Below are positions 26,701 to 39,395 of a stretch of DNA of 64,000 nt, piece after piece (positions within the stretch are counted from its first letter, which is position 1; every line of letters begins with the position of its first letter). The DNA comes from Tubulanus polymorphus (taxonomy: Eukaryota; Animalia; Nemertea), in contig NC_134027.1 of the NCBI RefSeq assembly GCF_964204645.1, forward strand, positions 7,596,485-7,660,484, given 5' to 3'. The notes beneath the pieces are model-generated. The model ran no database searches, was not told where the DNA came from, and worked only from the letters and a program-made list of their open reading frames with translations. Made by a program: the position numbers and the translations under genes.

Positions 26701-27208
26701 AATCAAATAGGCTTCCAGTGTACGCATTAAAATCACCACAAATAAATAAGTGCGAATCATTAGCATTATAATTCTCTATTATTTCGAGATTCAGTTCGTC
26801 AAAACACTCACTTCCACCGTAACTGCTCGATTCGGGTGGAACGTAAACACATCCAATCTGGATATTTTTTTCAGATCCAGTTAGCTGCTTATGAACGCGC
26901 AGCCACAGAACTAATTTACTTTCGCTGTCAATAGGGCATACATGTGGAGCTAAGTTCAGTCTAACGGCGATCGCTATGCCTCCTGAACGGAACGATGATA
27001 TTTTTTTCCGGTTCTTAAGGAACATTTTGTATCCTAAACTTTTAAAAAACTGCTTTATCCACTGTTCGTCCGTATCATCGAGTTTAGTTTCAGTTAGCGC
27101 GATAACATCGTTTTCCAGAATTAGCGCCTGAAATTCTGGGACATGTAATTTGCTCCTCAATCCACCAACGTTTAGTGATAGAATGGATAATTTTGCCTCA
27201 GTGTCCCG
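23756..27208 (-). CDS. LINE ORF2: APE endonuclease + reverse transcriptase + C-terminal Cys/His motif
   Basis: Motifs LSILSLNVGGL (upstream of the tracked TTG start), ALTET, CGDFN, VDY, SDVH, GVRQGENLSP, YADD, YKYLG, RCSAHRLPVEVGRW..CQKC..GDEYHF..C. No stops. Confidence 0.95.
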   Translation of the reverse strand, partial: RDTEAKLSILSLNVGGLRSKLHVPEFQALILENDVIALTETKLDDTDEQWIKQFFKSLGYKMFLKNRKKISSFRSGGIAIAVRLNLAPHVCPIDSESKLVLWLRVHKQLTGSEKNIQIGCVYVPPESSSYGGSECFDELNLEIIENYNANDSHLFICGDFNAYTGSLFDYSDPNDFLTQRLEFENEVFADTHTCVQILNSLNITRRKTKDLSINNYGLRLVELCKNHSIIILNGRIAPDLTVGDFTCHKGDNEHIVDYMISSSYLINYVKRLEVMAFDRLLSDVHSAIVTHLQLKTSAPVVTGSQNFEPEEVVNWDPDKKDQFAQDISRNSTVLIEINENLMNGSLSASEANERLCAVMLQSAVKVMGKRIVKRKSKPRPPAKATQNEVVRNTRLDYRRAKRTYSSLPSRNNHYIMNRAFRKYKNAIHKWNSDRKTVFNKKIRSLSKSDPHNFWNYFKKNHNNTCNVSSADFLNHFKSMNERPVLDGSEPRLHNVEDFNGNNYDQTPLNQPINGDEILKSINKLKNFKACGTDKIPNEFLKSAEESLLPTLMCLFNNVLDTGNIPESWLNGMIIPIFKQKGSADDPSNYRGVTLLSNVGKLFTSVINNRLTNYLETNNILLENQAGFRQKHGILDHIYSLKSLVDMFLNSNRKLYCIFVDYKRAFDSIWRKALWHKMINSGVTGKVLNVICSMYQGIKSCVFSNDSKTDAFESFMGVRQGENLSPVLFSIFLNDLEGYLDAQNCPSLNLRMRNDAWVKLMILMYADDTVLMSESPQGLQKLIDNLHVYCKDWKLQINCEKTKVMIFSKRRLRNPPEFNINGRVLELVYNYKYLGILFSHTGSFAQCRKALANQAQRAMFSVLKKVSEYSLDVDVSLKLYDSMVLPILLFGCEIWGYENLRVLECVQLKFFRYLLKLKKSTNSSFVYGELGRFPLEVYVQLRIVNFWAKLITDDKLSSKVYSCVYNSYIDGQANSWMDSVKNILLRNGLGYIWENQNIPNVNYLSLILKQRLQDQFMQVWHAKLTDSTMAVTYLTIKCRFEMEKYLTELTPRDRLTLCRFRCSAHRLPVEVGRWRGIARANRLCQKCDLVAVGDEYHFLLVCPYFQESRARYIPERYWRFPNNVKLYDLFNSNCQTLKKLALYIRKCLIHF

Positions 27209-27997
27209 TTATGCCTGGACCGGATCGCAATCTAGTGTCATGCGCGCGTTCCTCAGCACCTCGCCTAGATCGCCTAGGCCATCATCCGTTGAGGTAACCG
27301 ATGAAGAAACCCGTGCCCGTTTCGAATCAGGCTTTGATGACGCATGTTTTCTATTGTGATTCGGTTTCCCCGCGAATTTTGAATAAGATACGGTTTTTGG
27401 CACTGTATCATGTTTGTCAAAGCTCTCTGGGCTTGGTCCGGCACGAAACGAAAAAACCCCTTCGTCACGTGTGGCGTCTTGATTTTCGGCTACCGTGTTC
27501 CCCTGCGGCGGGGCCACTTTCATTGGTTTTTTCTTACGTCTAAATTCGCTACCATCACCCTTATACGGTTTTTTGTCTACGAAAAGGTTACCCTGCCAGT
27601 TGAAGAACGCTTTGTGACCAGCTTTGACGGCCGCTTTTTTAATTGGGAGCAATTCGCGGATTTTATTCGAAGTTTCTGGGCTGTAATCCTCGCTGAGTGA
27701 CAGTCCCGTACCTTTAAATTTATACGCGTTCCGCCTGACTCTCTCCCGGTCAGCGTAATGTACGAACCGAGCAATAACACCGCGTGGACTGTTGTTGCTT
27801 TCCGCACGTTTATATAATCTATGGACTCGCTGGAATTTAATATATTCTGCGTCCTCTACTCCCAGGATTTCTTTTATTATTTTCTTAACTGAAGATTCAC
27901 AGATCTCATCCTCACTTTCCTGGACACCATAAAATATGAGATTCTCACGCCGTCCGTAATTCTCTTGGGAATTTATTCTCGCCGCATTTTTTTGCGC
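27209..27997 (-). CDS. LINE ORF1 (L1-ORF1/transposase-22-like RRM + CTD), 5'-truncated
   Basis: Frame is open from 27997: QENYGRRENLIFYGVQESEDE..FQRVHRL..PRGVIARFVHYADRE..LSLSEDYS. The track shows only the 3' 147 codons. Confidence 0.85.
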   Translation of the reverse strand, partial: AQKNAARINSQENYGRRENLIFYGVQESEDEICESSVKKIIKEILGVEDAEYIKFQRVHRLYKRAESNNSPRGVIARFVHYADRERVRRNAYKFKGTGLSLSEDYSPETSNKIRELLPIKKAAVKAGHKAFFNWQGNLFVDKKPYKGDGSEFRRKKKPMKVAPPQGNTVAENQDATRDEGVFSFRAGPSPESFDKHDTVPKTVSYSKFAGKPNHNRKHASSKPDSKRARVSSSVTSTDDGLGDLGEVLRNARMTLDCDPVQA

Positions 27998-28899
27998 TTA
28001 TTGTGTATAAGATCAATAATTAGCAACCTTCCACGGATACGAAGCGGCCTAAGTTTACATCCTACCATAATTTTCTCTAAACTCTCAGCATTATATCAAG
28101 ATCGGTCTTAGAAAATATATGAAGGACGTGTTCATAGGTTAACGAGGCCAAAAATCTTCCTCAAAATTTCAAATTTTTACGAGCAAAGATAATATACCTC
28201 ATGCTTTTGGTGCAGAAATAATGGATGTCCACAAATTGCAAATTGTGTTTTCAAAGTAAACGATCCGAGTGTGGAATTGTTTCGAATTCAGGGTTCTCCC
28301 ATTTACTCTCCGGTATTTTACAATGTTTCAATAAGATACGTAAGTCGCACTTTTGTTGTGATACAGCTTTCTCTATTGGTCAGCGTTGTTATCACTTAAA
28401 ATTACCCATAAGTTTGAATTCTCACTGAACTACTACATCCCTTATAACGAATATATATTTCATATGAGGCGATTAACTTTGATGATCTGCGGTCAGTGGA
28501 CAGCAGTTACGAAACATTCAAAACTACTACATTATCTTCCATCTATTCATTATTCATATATATGATATGATATGATATGATATAATATCTCCTTTAGTGT
28601 TCAGTTTAAACGTCTTGAACGCAAAAGTTTGACAAGTTTCGCATAATGGTACCGATACGCACGTTCACGCGAGTGAAATGTGCACGTTACAGGCTAAAAT
28701 GCGCACGTTACAATTACAAATCGAAACGTTGTTCGTTCAAAACCCGATGTGAAAATCTTTTGCATTTAGTGGGAAATTTCAAAGTTAGCTCGCTTCCTAC
28801 AATAAAAATTGGACAAGACTTTTAAAACGACACATTTAATAAGAGTAGTACTGACGAAGGATTCAGGCAATACCCCGTGTTATTTCTAAAAACATTTAA

Positions 28900-29535
28900 C
28901 CGGTAATTAGACAGTACTGGTGTAGCTTGTACAGGTAAAAGAGTTGTTATATTTACGTTCAGACCGAATGAAATTATTTGATACGAGACACGACTAAGTT
29001 GTGTCCGAAACAGATAAATATAGCTATGTGGTCAGTATTGGTCAAAGTTTGGTCACTTGAATAGTTGTTAGATGAAAGCCCACACCATTTCTAATTATTT
29101 GACACCAAACACGACTGTGTTGCTTCTAGAATAAACAAATTACTTTAAGGTCAGTATTGGTAAAATATTGGTCAGTTAAATAGTTGTTAGATCATAGCCC
29201 GCACCGTATCTAGTAGCTCGACGCCCAAACACGATTTTATTGCTTTACTAAACATATAAATTACATATGGTGGGTTTTAGTTAGTGGTAACTGGTCAGTA
29301 CTGGTCAAGCATTGGTCAGTTAAACAATTTTTAGTTTAATGTCCACATTATATCTAGTTATTTGACACCAAATAACTTAATTGTTTGCAAAACAGATAAT
29401 TTACTATATAGCCAGTACTGGTCATGCATTGGTCAGTTGATAGACCAAGGTCCACGCCACGAGTTATTTGATACTAAACAACATTGTGTCGTTTCGGAAA
29501 ATTTATCTGTTGGGCAATTTGTGGTCAGCCCTGGT
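28900..29535. repeat. Degenerate ~120-bp tandem repeat with a GGTCAGTATTGGTCA core
   Basis: Core recurs at ~29030, 29149, 29293 and 29411. It resembles the reverse complement of the TGACCATCACTGACC core of the 114-bp repeat. Confidence 0.6.
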
Positions 29536-29819
29536 TCGTTAGTTCTTATTTTGCGGGCATTTTATCTCGAACCACCGAAAGACTGAATTACTAATTAATT
29601 CAACAGATCATTAATTAATTTCATTCTCATCCACCTTGAAGTACCACCAAACACCGAAAGACCTGTCGCAACCGAACCTGGCAGTCTTGCATGGCTCATC
29701 CTGCATGGCAACAGGAATACATACATACATAAAGCTAAGTTGATTTTTCATATCTGGGGTAGAATGCATAGGCGCTGGTCAAGCTCACCATCTCCGCACT
29801 ACTTTATTGAGGCTCTGTG

Positions 29820-32260
29820 GCCGGTAGTAAATTGAAATATAGCTAGGCAATGATTGCTTGAATATTTACAATATTAGACGAAATGATTGAGTGAGGTCCT
29901 TTAAATATTCTTTGGTCTGATAATTTAAATGTAGATTGGTCAGTTATTGATTAAAAGATTTTGTAAGTACGTACAATTAAGGTAAATTCAATATCTTATG
30001 TGACATTTGAAATTATTCGAATGTACCGTAGATATTTCAGGCCTCGTATGACTATTGTTTAACTGACAATCAAGATCTAGATAGGACAATTTTTACTAAA
30101 AGATATATCAATTAAACTTTATCGTTGGTTGATAGATTTTTCTTTACAAATAATATATTGATAAATTTATTAAGATTGAGGCCATACTTTACAATATATA
30201 CTGTGTGCTGCCTCACACATAACAGTTATGAATTTCATAAGATAGTGCCTAGGGTCTATCGAGGTCTGGTGTTATATGGGGAAAACTATGGACTACAGGT
30301 CTTTATGAAACAGTGATTTGGTCTCAACACTTTGATAAATCCAGAATAAACCAAAGCTTTAATTGATTTAATTCATTCCTGAAACACTGCGTCTTGTTTT
30401 GGGCGACGCATGATAATTGTTGTTTGACTGACAATTAGCATACAGCCAGGAAAAATGGCTTAGATATTCACAATTAAGATGAATTCAATATTTGATGTTA
30501 GATCAAAAACTTTTTATATCATAAATATTTATTGAAATATAGCTGAAATATATAATATATTTGAGCACATCTATAAGTGAATCAGTCTCATTGACTGATC
30601 AGTTCTGTATCGCCAACTGCCGCGCTTACGACGACTAGCCATGCTTTTCATTATTGGCAAAATTTACTCAAACCTAACTGATTCAATTAATATCTAAAAG
30701 CCATACTGTGTGTCAAGTGACGCATATTAGATATAGTTTAACTGAAAATTAGAATCTAAGATGAATTACTCATTAACGTATTACTAAGATCGATTAAGGT
30801 TAATTCAATTGTTATGAAATTATTTCTAATTCCATGGACATTTAAATTGTAGCTGATACATGTGTATCTGAGCACATTTATTTATCTGTATCTAAGTGAA
30901 CCTATGGTGTCTTCACACAGCTGTATTAGTTTTGATACATATTGCCAACATCATTTAACGCAGATTTACTTCCGATCGAATCTGTGCACAAATACATTCC
31001 TGGATTTGGAAGGGGGAATATTTCAATTTCACTGTGTATGTAAGATTGAAAGCCTTATTCTGACAGGATATCCTAAACTTAGGTCTTATTCCTCTTGCTA
31101 ATAGCTCTCTTTTACTAACCCCTCTCCTTCAAACTATTTTCTAGCATCATGACTCGCACCGCACCAGGGAGGTCCGGTCATAACAAGGTCTTTTGGTCCT
31201 TATACACAGTGTACTATATAAGGGAAATAAAGATTATATAGCCATTCGGCTAAGGGAATTTCTAATTTACCACTAAAAGTTAGCTTTTTTATCTTTAATT
31301 TCTGATGAATTCAAATAGTGACGAATTCACCACATCTAAAATTCTACTCATGTAGATTTTCAGGCTCCATATAAATATTGTTTAACTGACAATTAAAATA
31401 TAGCTAGTATGATTACTAATTAATGGTTCGCTTAGATACCTAGAATTTAATTAAAATTAATTCAATGTAATGAATATAAGTGAAACTTATTCAAAATTGC
31501 ACAGTGGATGAGACGACTGTATCGCGCAATGTCATCTGCGTCTAACTGGGCCACATGTGTGTGTGGGATCCGTTGAATCAGTTAGGTTTTGGGGGATTCT
31601 GGGTTAGTTAAGCTAGGTATCAAAAGCTCTGATGCAAAATTAGCAGTTCAAATAGTGATTAATTCAAATTCGTACCGGATCTGAAATTCTTCTCGTGTAG
31701 AAATTTCAAGCCCCATATAAAATATTGTCCGAGACAATTTCAATTATAGCTAGGACATTATCAATTAACTTATAGATTAGGTATCTAATTCAGCATCTTC
31801 ATATAAGGTAAAAGTGCTCAAATCTAAACCATAGGGGTTGATAAGTATAATTCAATATTGGTTGATATATAAAGAATACTGGGTATGTTTTAACTCTGTC
31901 TCTTGTGCGTGGGATTTATTGAATCTTTAAGGCTTTGCAGAATTCTGGATTTGTCAAGTTGTGGGAATGATTCGAGGTTTCTTAAATCTGTAGAACCATG
32001 TTACTTATAGGATCAGTGTGCTCAATGCTGGCAGCGCACTCACTCTTCAGTTAGTTATATTATCATAATTACAAAATCATTGTATATATTAGGAGCAATA
32101 TTTAGAATTAATGAAATGGATTAGAATACCATTCACTGGGTACAGATGTCGCCTTCTGTGGGTAGAAAACATCTCTTAAGTTTATTAACTGACGATGAAG
32201 TAAATTTGATAATACGAACATGGTTTAGCTGACAATCGAAATATATATAGGCCAATATTA
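29820..32260. repeat. Old degenerate repeat array with a TATTGTTTAACTGACAATT...TAG core
   Basis: Core variants at ~30053, 30416, 30733, 31376, 31722 and 32221. An inverted relative lies near 37080-37120. Confidence 0.55.
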
Positions 32261-32749
32261 CTAGCAGGTTTGCACTGTATGATGGGCCTGGGTTTCAATA
32301 AAAGACACATCAAGAATTTCAAGAAGATAGAAGAGAAAACAGTTCAAAAACGATTTGATAAGATTGATTATGCATTACTAAATTTGTTGTAACTCTGGTA
32401 TTCCTAGAGATGACTATAGATGCTTTAGTTGAATTGTTGTTAAACTGTAATAATCAACCATTGCTTAGATATTTAGAATATAGATGAATTACTATTATGA
32501 GTTGAATTTCATAAATATCATTTAAGACTATTATTAAAATCTACGTATCGATCCTAGTTGCTGATCTTATATATGAATTGACATGATAATTATGATCAGT
32601 GATATTCCAAAGAATTTTCTGCTCAAAAGGTTCTGCTCTTTTCTTCAGCTTGCCGTTTCAGACTGATTGGAAGATAAGGACGAATTTCCCAATTATGTAC
32701 TTCGATTTCAGACATACTCGAGAAAAACTACAATAAACTTTAAAAAATT

Positions 32750-33330
32750 AGACAAATTTAAACGGTGAAAATGACAAAAAAATTAAAGTTAGACAAAATT
32801 CTCCCACCTTGTAAACTTTCGGACTAGTTACATGAAAAAAAGACCAAATATTGTAAAATATAGTTATTTCCTAAATCTCGATGTATTAAATTAGGCAGAA
32901 AAAGATACCGGTAGATAGAATTATTCAACCTTGTAAACTTTCGGACTAGTTACATGAAAAAAAGAACAAATATTGTAAAATATAGTTATTTCCAAAATCT
33001 CGATGTATTAAATAAGGCAGAAAAAAAATAGATAAAATTATTCAACCTTGTAAACTTTCGGACTAGTTACATGAAAACAAGACCAAATATTGTAATATAT
33101 AGTGATTTCCAAAATCTCGATGTATTAAATTAGGCAGAAAAAATGTTAACCCCAATCAGTCACTTAATATGTGCTTCGACTATTTAAACGGTGAAAACGA
33201 CCAAAAAAATTGAAGTTAGACAAAATTATTAAACATTGTAAACTTTCGGACTAGTTACATTAAAAAAAGACCAAATATTGTAAAATTATCTTCAACAATA
33301 TAGTTATTTCCAAAATCAGAATTAGGCAGA
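32750..33330. repeat. ~120-bp tandem repeat (TTGTAAACTTTCGGACTAGTTACATGAAAAAAAGACCAAATATTGTAA)
   Basis: Four copies at ~32809, 32931, 33048 and 33236. Further copies at 41470-41630. Confidence 0.85.
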
Positions 33331-36300
33331 ATAAAAGATTGTTTGAATGAACCGGAACCGAATTGCCAATTATGTTCTTGGACTTAAAAAAAAGATCTGT
33401 AAAAACGACCGCCGATCACGCAACTATATTTGTACTTCGATTTCCGATTTTGAAAAAACCGACGTATCGCTCCCGCCAGATGTGGTAGGTTTGTAAGGGA
33501 CACCAACTCGAAAAGTCAAACGACAGCTTGAGGTCAACAGCTCATCAAAAATCTGCCAATTAGAGAAAACAGTGCATAGAAACCAACCGACTTAGGAGAT
33601 CCTCGTCGATGATGAAACCAGCAATCATAAAAGGTAACTTGATATACATGGAGTTATTACGATGATTTCTAAATGTCGTGATTACAGGATATATTTATTT
33701 ACTCATTGCAGCTAAGTTTCAACTATAAGAAAGAGACCAGCTTAATATCAACTACTCATCTGAAATCTACGGATTTGAACAACCCACAGAAGAATCAAAT
33801 TCATTAGATGGAAATTACCGGTATATAGAAATTTCAGGCCTCATATAAATATCATTTGATAAGTGATTATCATCGAAATCTATTTACCTGTCCACATGGC
33901 TGATCTAAGAACTTTTATCTTTACTAGTCTTGCACCTTGGAGTAATAAATTTTTCAAATGATTACTCCAAGCTTAAAAATTAATGAACTAGTCCTACTAC
34001 TGCAATTATTTATTGGGGTTTAAATCGGCAATTGACGTCAATGAACCTAATTCTGATTTTGGAAATAACTATATTAACTACCTTAATGAAAAACACGGTG
34101 GCTTGTAATTTGAAATGACATAATGTAAGTTATGATAAATCTGTCTAAAATGTTTTGCTTTCTTCACTTTGTTTCAGTCAAACTACATCCCGGAAATAAT
34201 GGCCTGAAGAAGACACAAGTAGACAAATACCCATTGACCCATTTGCTGATGAAAACTGCAGAAGCCCAGATGAGAAGTTTAGGAGCCAGCGACGGATTAA
34301 TCACTCAACGATGGAATCTTCTACAATCGGTGGTTGATTTCTATTAAACATTTTATCAGGAGCAGCAGAGATGATAGTGTATCTTATAAACACTGATTCG
34401 CGCAGCAAAGACAATGGATTATCTTATAAAATCTGATTCAGGATAAACACCGAAGCAGCAAAGACAATGGTTTATCTCATGAACACTGAGATCTAGCAGC
34501 GGCAAAGACCTCTGTAGTAAAGTATTGATTTTTTTACTAATATCACCCTTTTTCAGACCAGTCTGATAGGTAACATAGTTTAAAAAATTTACCTGATTGC
34601 GTGGAATGGAGTATGAAAATAGTTGAGTCGAATATTGAAAATAGTTAGATAATTAGTTAGATAATTAGGTTCCTTTGGCCTGAGAAAGGAACTCTACGTT
34701 TGAATATTTCAATATAGAGAAAACTATTTTATAATGAGTTTGTAAAAAGATGTGTCATGTGTTTTGCAATGTGACAGAAATATCCTTCTTAGAGTCTAAT
34801 AAAAGCTAAGCTCCATTAATTCACGATATTGGTCTTCGATCTTAGGTTGATAGATAAGTCGAGTTGGTTAGTCACTAGGAGTAAATGGTCGTGTTGAGCG
34901 CCTAGTTTTGAGTCGTATAGGTCTGTTGAGTTAACGCCTAAACTGAGATATAGTTTCAACATGATATTGTAAGTTTTATTGTGCTTACCATAGTTAAACA
35001 GAGTCGACACAGTGGCTTTGCCCTGTAGATATCACATGGTTAGGAAACATAGAACATAACGTTCTATGTACAAATTATAAGTATTTGCAGAATTGTAGAT
35101 GTACTAATTTGACGGCATTGATATTTTCGAAGGCCCGTGTAACCAATTTGAGAAATGAATCATATATGTCGATTTTCACATGGAGTTTTAACTTTGAGCC
35201 TCCATCAATCTGTTCGATGCTACGTATTTGAAAGCAAAAGCTTTATCTAAAAGGAGACCATTATTTACATTTGAGAGATAAAGCTAAAGTTATAGCTAGG
35301 ACTAATTTTGAACGTTTTAACATTGTTTATAGCTGTTTGAACTTCTTTTATTGTAATGGTTTATCGAACAACCTTCCCTAAGTATAGCTTAAACCCGAGA
35401 TCTTTTCTGTTGTTGTTTTTAGCATTCTATCAACTCAGTTATTGTAATAAACAAAACAAATAACTATAAACCTTAACTAAATCGAAAAAAATAACTGATA
35501 TGATAGAATGCTTTGAATAACTGTGATGAAAGATCGACCCGTCCTTAGAACTAGCTGCGCTCAATCACTGCTGTGACTGTTTATTGTTATACTGGGGTAG
35601 ACTTACGGGGCAGACTTACTATCTAAAATCATGTACATACATTTTACTTTTTAGAAAGAATTTAAAACAGCTATAAACTTAAGTTATTGATGTTTTCGAT
35701 TAGTTACCGATTGTATAATTATGTTGATGTTTTCGAAACTGGAAGAAGAAACGTCAGAATAGTTAGTATTTAATGCCAAGGTGCTTGAAAATCTTTAAGT
35801 CGGGGCAAAGTTGGCAAAATTCTAGTTTTCAAGTGAAAGTAATGTTTACGAAAAATAAATTAAGAATGATAAATTGATACTCCAAGATTTCTGGAGTGAA
35901 TCAGTATGTTTCATCTCTAGTTTTAATGCTTTATGTTAGAGACTGTTATTGTAATACAGTTCACGTGTTTGTAAATTAGGAACTTACATGATGATTCCTC
36001 GATTAAGATATTATTGTTGTGTGAATAAAACAATGTACATTTTCATCATTCATGTTGAACCTTTTCAGTTGTTAAGTTTTATAGCAACAATTTCACTTTG
36101 GTGCTTATCAGTCGTTCATAAAATACTGATTTAATTAAGGCCCTGTTGAAAATAGAGGATAACTTGTGAATGCAATGCTAATTGGTCAATCGTCCAAGCT
36201 TTGTTTTGATTATCGGTTTAACCGCGTCTGTGTGGGGCCTGTAATGTCTGGACAAGAAGAATTTCCTTTATAATAGTTTGCAGGGTTTGATCTAAGGAAT

Positions 36301-38683
36301 AAATGCCATTCGACCGCAGGGCAAGCATAATATGTAATATCGCTTGCCCCCTCAACGTGCCCTACATGAGCAGTCCGATTGTGACACAATCATCCCTTGC
36401 ATCGAGTGGGATAAAAGCTTTGAGATATAGAATTACACAAGCCCGGTGGATGAGCGATAATGATAACCTACTTGCCCTAATGAAAATATACTTGTCCCGG
36501 GCAATTGAACTAGTGCTTAGATCAGACCCTGCTTTATTTCAAATGTAACATTTGTGAAATAAGCTAGTTGATAATGTTTGAAGAAATCTCTTAAAGACAA
36601 GCAAAATTTGGCAATGTTTTTAGTTTTCTTGTAATAAGTAAGATTGATTAGTTAACCTTACGCTCTCCAGAGTGTGAGTGAATTTGTAGGTGTAATGTAT
36701 TCATGTTTTTATTCTGAACTGTTTTTAAATAACTCATTAAAAAAAAAACGACATACATGTTCGTCATTCATGTTAAAACTTTTCAATTGTTCAGTTACGT
36801 GTATTGCAACTTTTTCACTGTGGTGCTTTTCAGTGGTTCATAAAATACTATTTTTATTAAGGTCCTTATGGAAAATGGAGGAGCAAAATAGAGGAGCATT
36901 CTCTTGATTAATGAGGATATATGAACAGTATTAATCATTAAATTGTGCTAGCTATATATGGACTCTAAAACCATGGCTTAAATACGTCTATATGGGTCCT
37001 GAAATATCTGCACGAGAAGCACCTCAAAAAATTATTGAATCTAACTTAATTGTAGATATCTAAGCAATAAGTTATTACATGTAGTAATTGACCTAGCTGT
37101 GTTAAAATTGACAGTTGAACAATATCTATATACTCGATTTATCTTGCTGAATGCATAGAAGAGAATGCCTCCAAAATACTTTGCATTAAATGTAACATTT
37201 GAGAAAATAACCAATTTGATCATGTCTGAAAATCTCTTAAAGACAAGGCAAAGGTGGCAAAACTCTAGTTATCTTTTAAAATAATGTTATTGAAAATTAA
37301 ATCAAAGACTGTTTAAAATCAAAAACGAAATGTTCATGTCAATTGTTCTTCAAACGCTGAATTAAGGTCGTATCGATTCTAGTTGAGCTTTTTCTTGATA
37401 ATTAAATGTCATTTGAAAGGTTGACACGGTAGATTCATATTTCATGAAATATAACAAATTGTCGGTTATATTGACCTCATGAATTGTCAAATTCATAATC
37501 TTAGACTTTCAGACTAGTCCAATTTTCTGTGTTTTATGGATAAAAGTTTATAATTCTTTGTGTATTTTTGTTATTTTCCTATTGATGCAAATTGTATAAA
37601 ATCAGTAGTAGTGGAGATGTATTGTATATTAAAACTTCGAAATACTTTACATGTTACTTTAATGGTTTAGAGTTATTACAATTTCATTCATAGTAATAGA
37701 AATAAAATTACTATTAAAATTTGAGAAAATAAGTTAAAAGTTAATAATATGATATGTGAAAATAAAATGATGTAAAAATGTAAATCAGATTGATTACTTA
37801 ATCCTACGCTTTCCAGAGTATTTGGCCAGGTTTATCTCTGGTTTTAGTGCGAGGAGCCATGGACTCGAGAGTCCATGGTTGTAGGCCATAGACGTTTCTG
37901 TTTTAGAGTCTATGGTTGGACCATGGATGTATAAACTCTAGTTTATAGTTTATACATCCATGGTTGGACTGTTTTTGAAATACAGTCCACGTGTTTGAGG
38001 AGCTTACGTTATAATTCCTCGAGCACAAACCTGGCATTTTGTATGATTGTTGTACACTGTATGAGAATAAATATGATTAAAATTCTTTATCTGTTTAGCT
38101 ACTCTGTCTGAACTTTGTTAGTTCACCAGTCAGTGGTTTTTTTGTTATCTTGCAATCCACCTCTTTTTTCAAACCAATATTCCCACCAACATTGTGCGGA
38201 GACGAGGATGTCCGGAAAACATGATAATCGAATATTGGCAATACAGCTTACCTTCAACCCGGACACACTAACACTTGTTGACCGGTTAGAAGCGAGTGTT
38301 GAGCTGCCGAAGAGTAATTACGAAATTAGCAATCTTTTTGATTGTCACTAAAGCCATCAGGGGCGGATCCAGACCGTATTGCCCAATACATTGTTCGTAC
38401 GGTCTAAGATTTAAGTGCCCTTCGGCAATATTTTGTGACGGCATATATATTTCACCACCCGCTAATTTGATATTTCCACTGATGATCGGTTTGATTTTTA
38501 TATACAGAAGCAGAGTCCTGAATAGTTAACTTTGCCTTTAAAAGTGGCACCCAGTATCCTTCTTTTGGTGTTAACATTACATGATTAATTACATGAGATT
38601 TGTGTTTCTCTTGTAAAAATCATTGTTTTTATTTTCTTCATGCTTTCGGTAAATGTAGCCGATGACATCCTGATCGTCTCTAA

Positions 38684-39395
38684 GGTTCGAACCCAGTAAT
38701 TACTGATACTGGTTCAGAGTGGTCCTGATGCTGAATAGAGGATGCACAGGGGTGTCCCGGGTTCGAATCCAGTATTTACTGATGCTGATTCAGAGTGGTT
38801 CTGATGCTGAATAGAGGATGTACGGGGGTGTCCCGGGTTCAAACCCAGTAATTACTGATACTGATTCAGATTGGTTCTGATGCTGAATAGAGGATGTACA
38901 GGGGTATCCCGGGTTCAAACCCATCAATTGCTGTGATTCAGAGTGGTCCTGATGGATAAAGGATGAACAAGGCTGTCCCAGGTTCGAACACAGTAATTAA
39001 TGATACTGGTTCAGAGTGGTACTGATGCTGAATAGAGGATGTACAGGGGTGTCCAGACCGTACAGTGCTGCCGCTATGCTCATCGTTAGCGGGATTTTCA
39101 TACACTAACTAAAGTCAACTCTGGCAATCGACGTGCTGTCCAGTTATACTCCGTGACCTTAACTTGCCAGAGTTGACTAACGTTAGTGTATAAAAATCCC
39201 GCTAACGATGAGCGTAGAGACAGCACCGTACGGTAAAATGTTGATATCTTAACAAAAGTAATTACTGATAACTGATTCAGGACACCCCTGTACATCCTCT
39301 ATATATTCAGCATCAGGACCACTCTGAATCAGCATCAGTAATTACTGGGTTCGAACCCGGGACACCCCTGTACATGGGGTGTACAGGGGTGTCCT
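38684..39395. repeat. 76-bp satellite with Pol III B-box-like motif, partly inverted, interrupted by a palindromic MITE
   Basis: GGTTC(G/A)AA(C/T)CC-type motif at 38684, 38760, 38836, 38912 and 38981. Inverted units at 39260-39375 and again at 55740-56100. Confidence 0.85.
39057..39233. mobile_element. Palindromic MITE with ~70-bp inverted arms
   Basis: ACCGTACAGTGCTGCCGCTATGCTCATCGTTAGCGGGATTTTCATACACTAAC...GTTAGTGTATAAAAATCCCGCTAACGATGAGCGTAGAGACAGCACCGTACGGT. Degenerate copy at ~55640-55740. Confidence 0.75.

Larger units (their letters stand above)
23670..27997 (-). mobile_element. Near-complete non-LTR retrotransposon (RTE-X/CR1-L2 group), 5'-truncated within ORF1
   Basis: ORF1 remnant plus intact ORF2, short 3' UTR, and an AATAAACTTAACTAACTAA tail at ~23670-23690. 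Confidence 0.95.
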
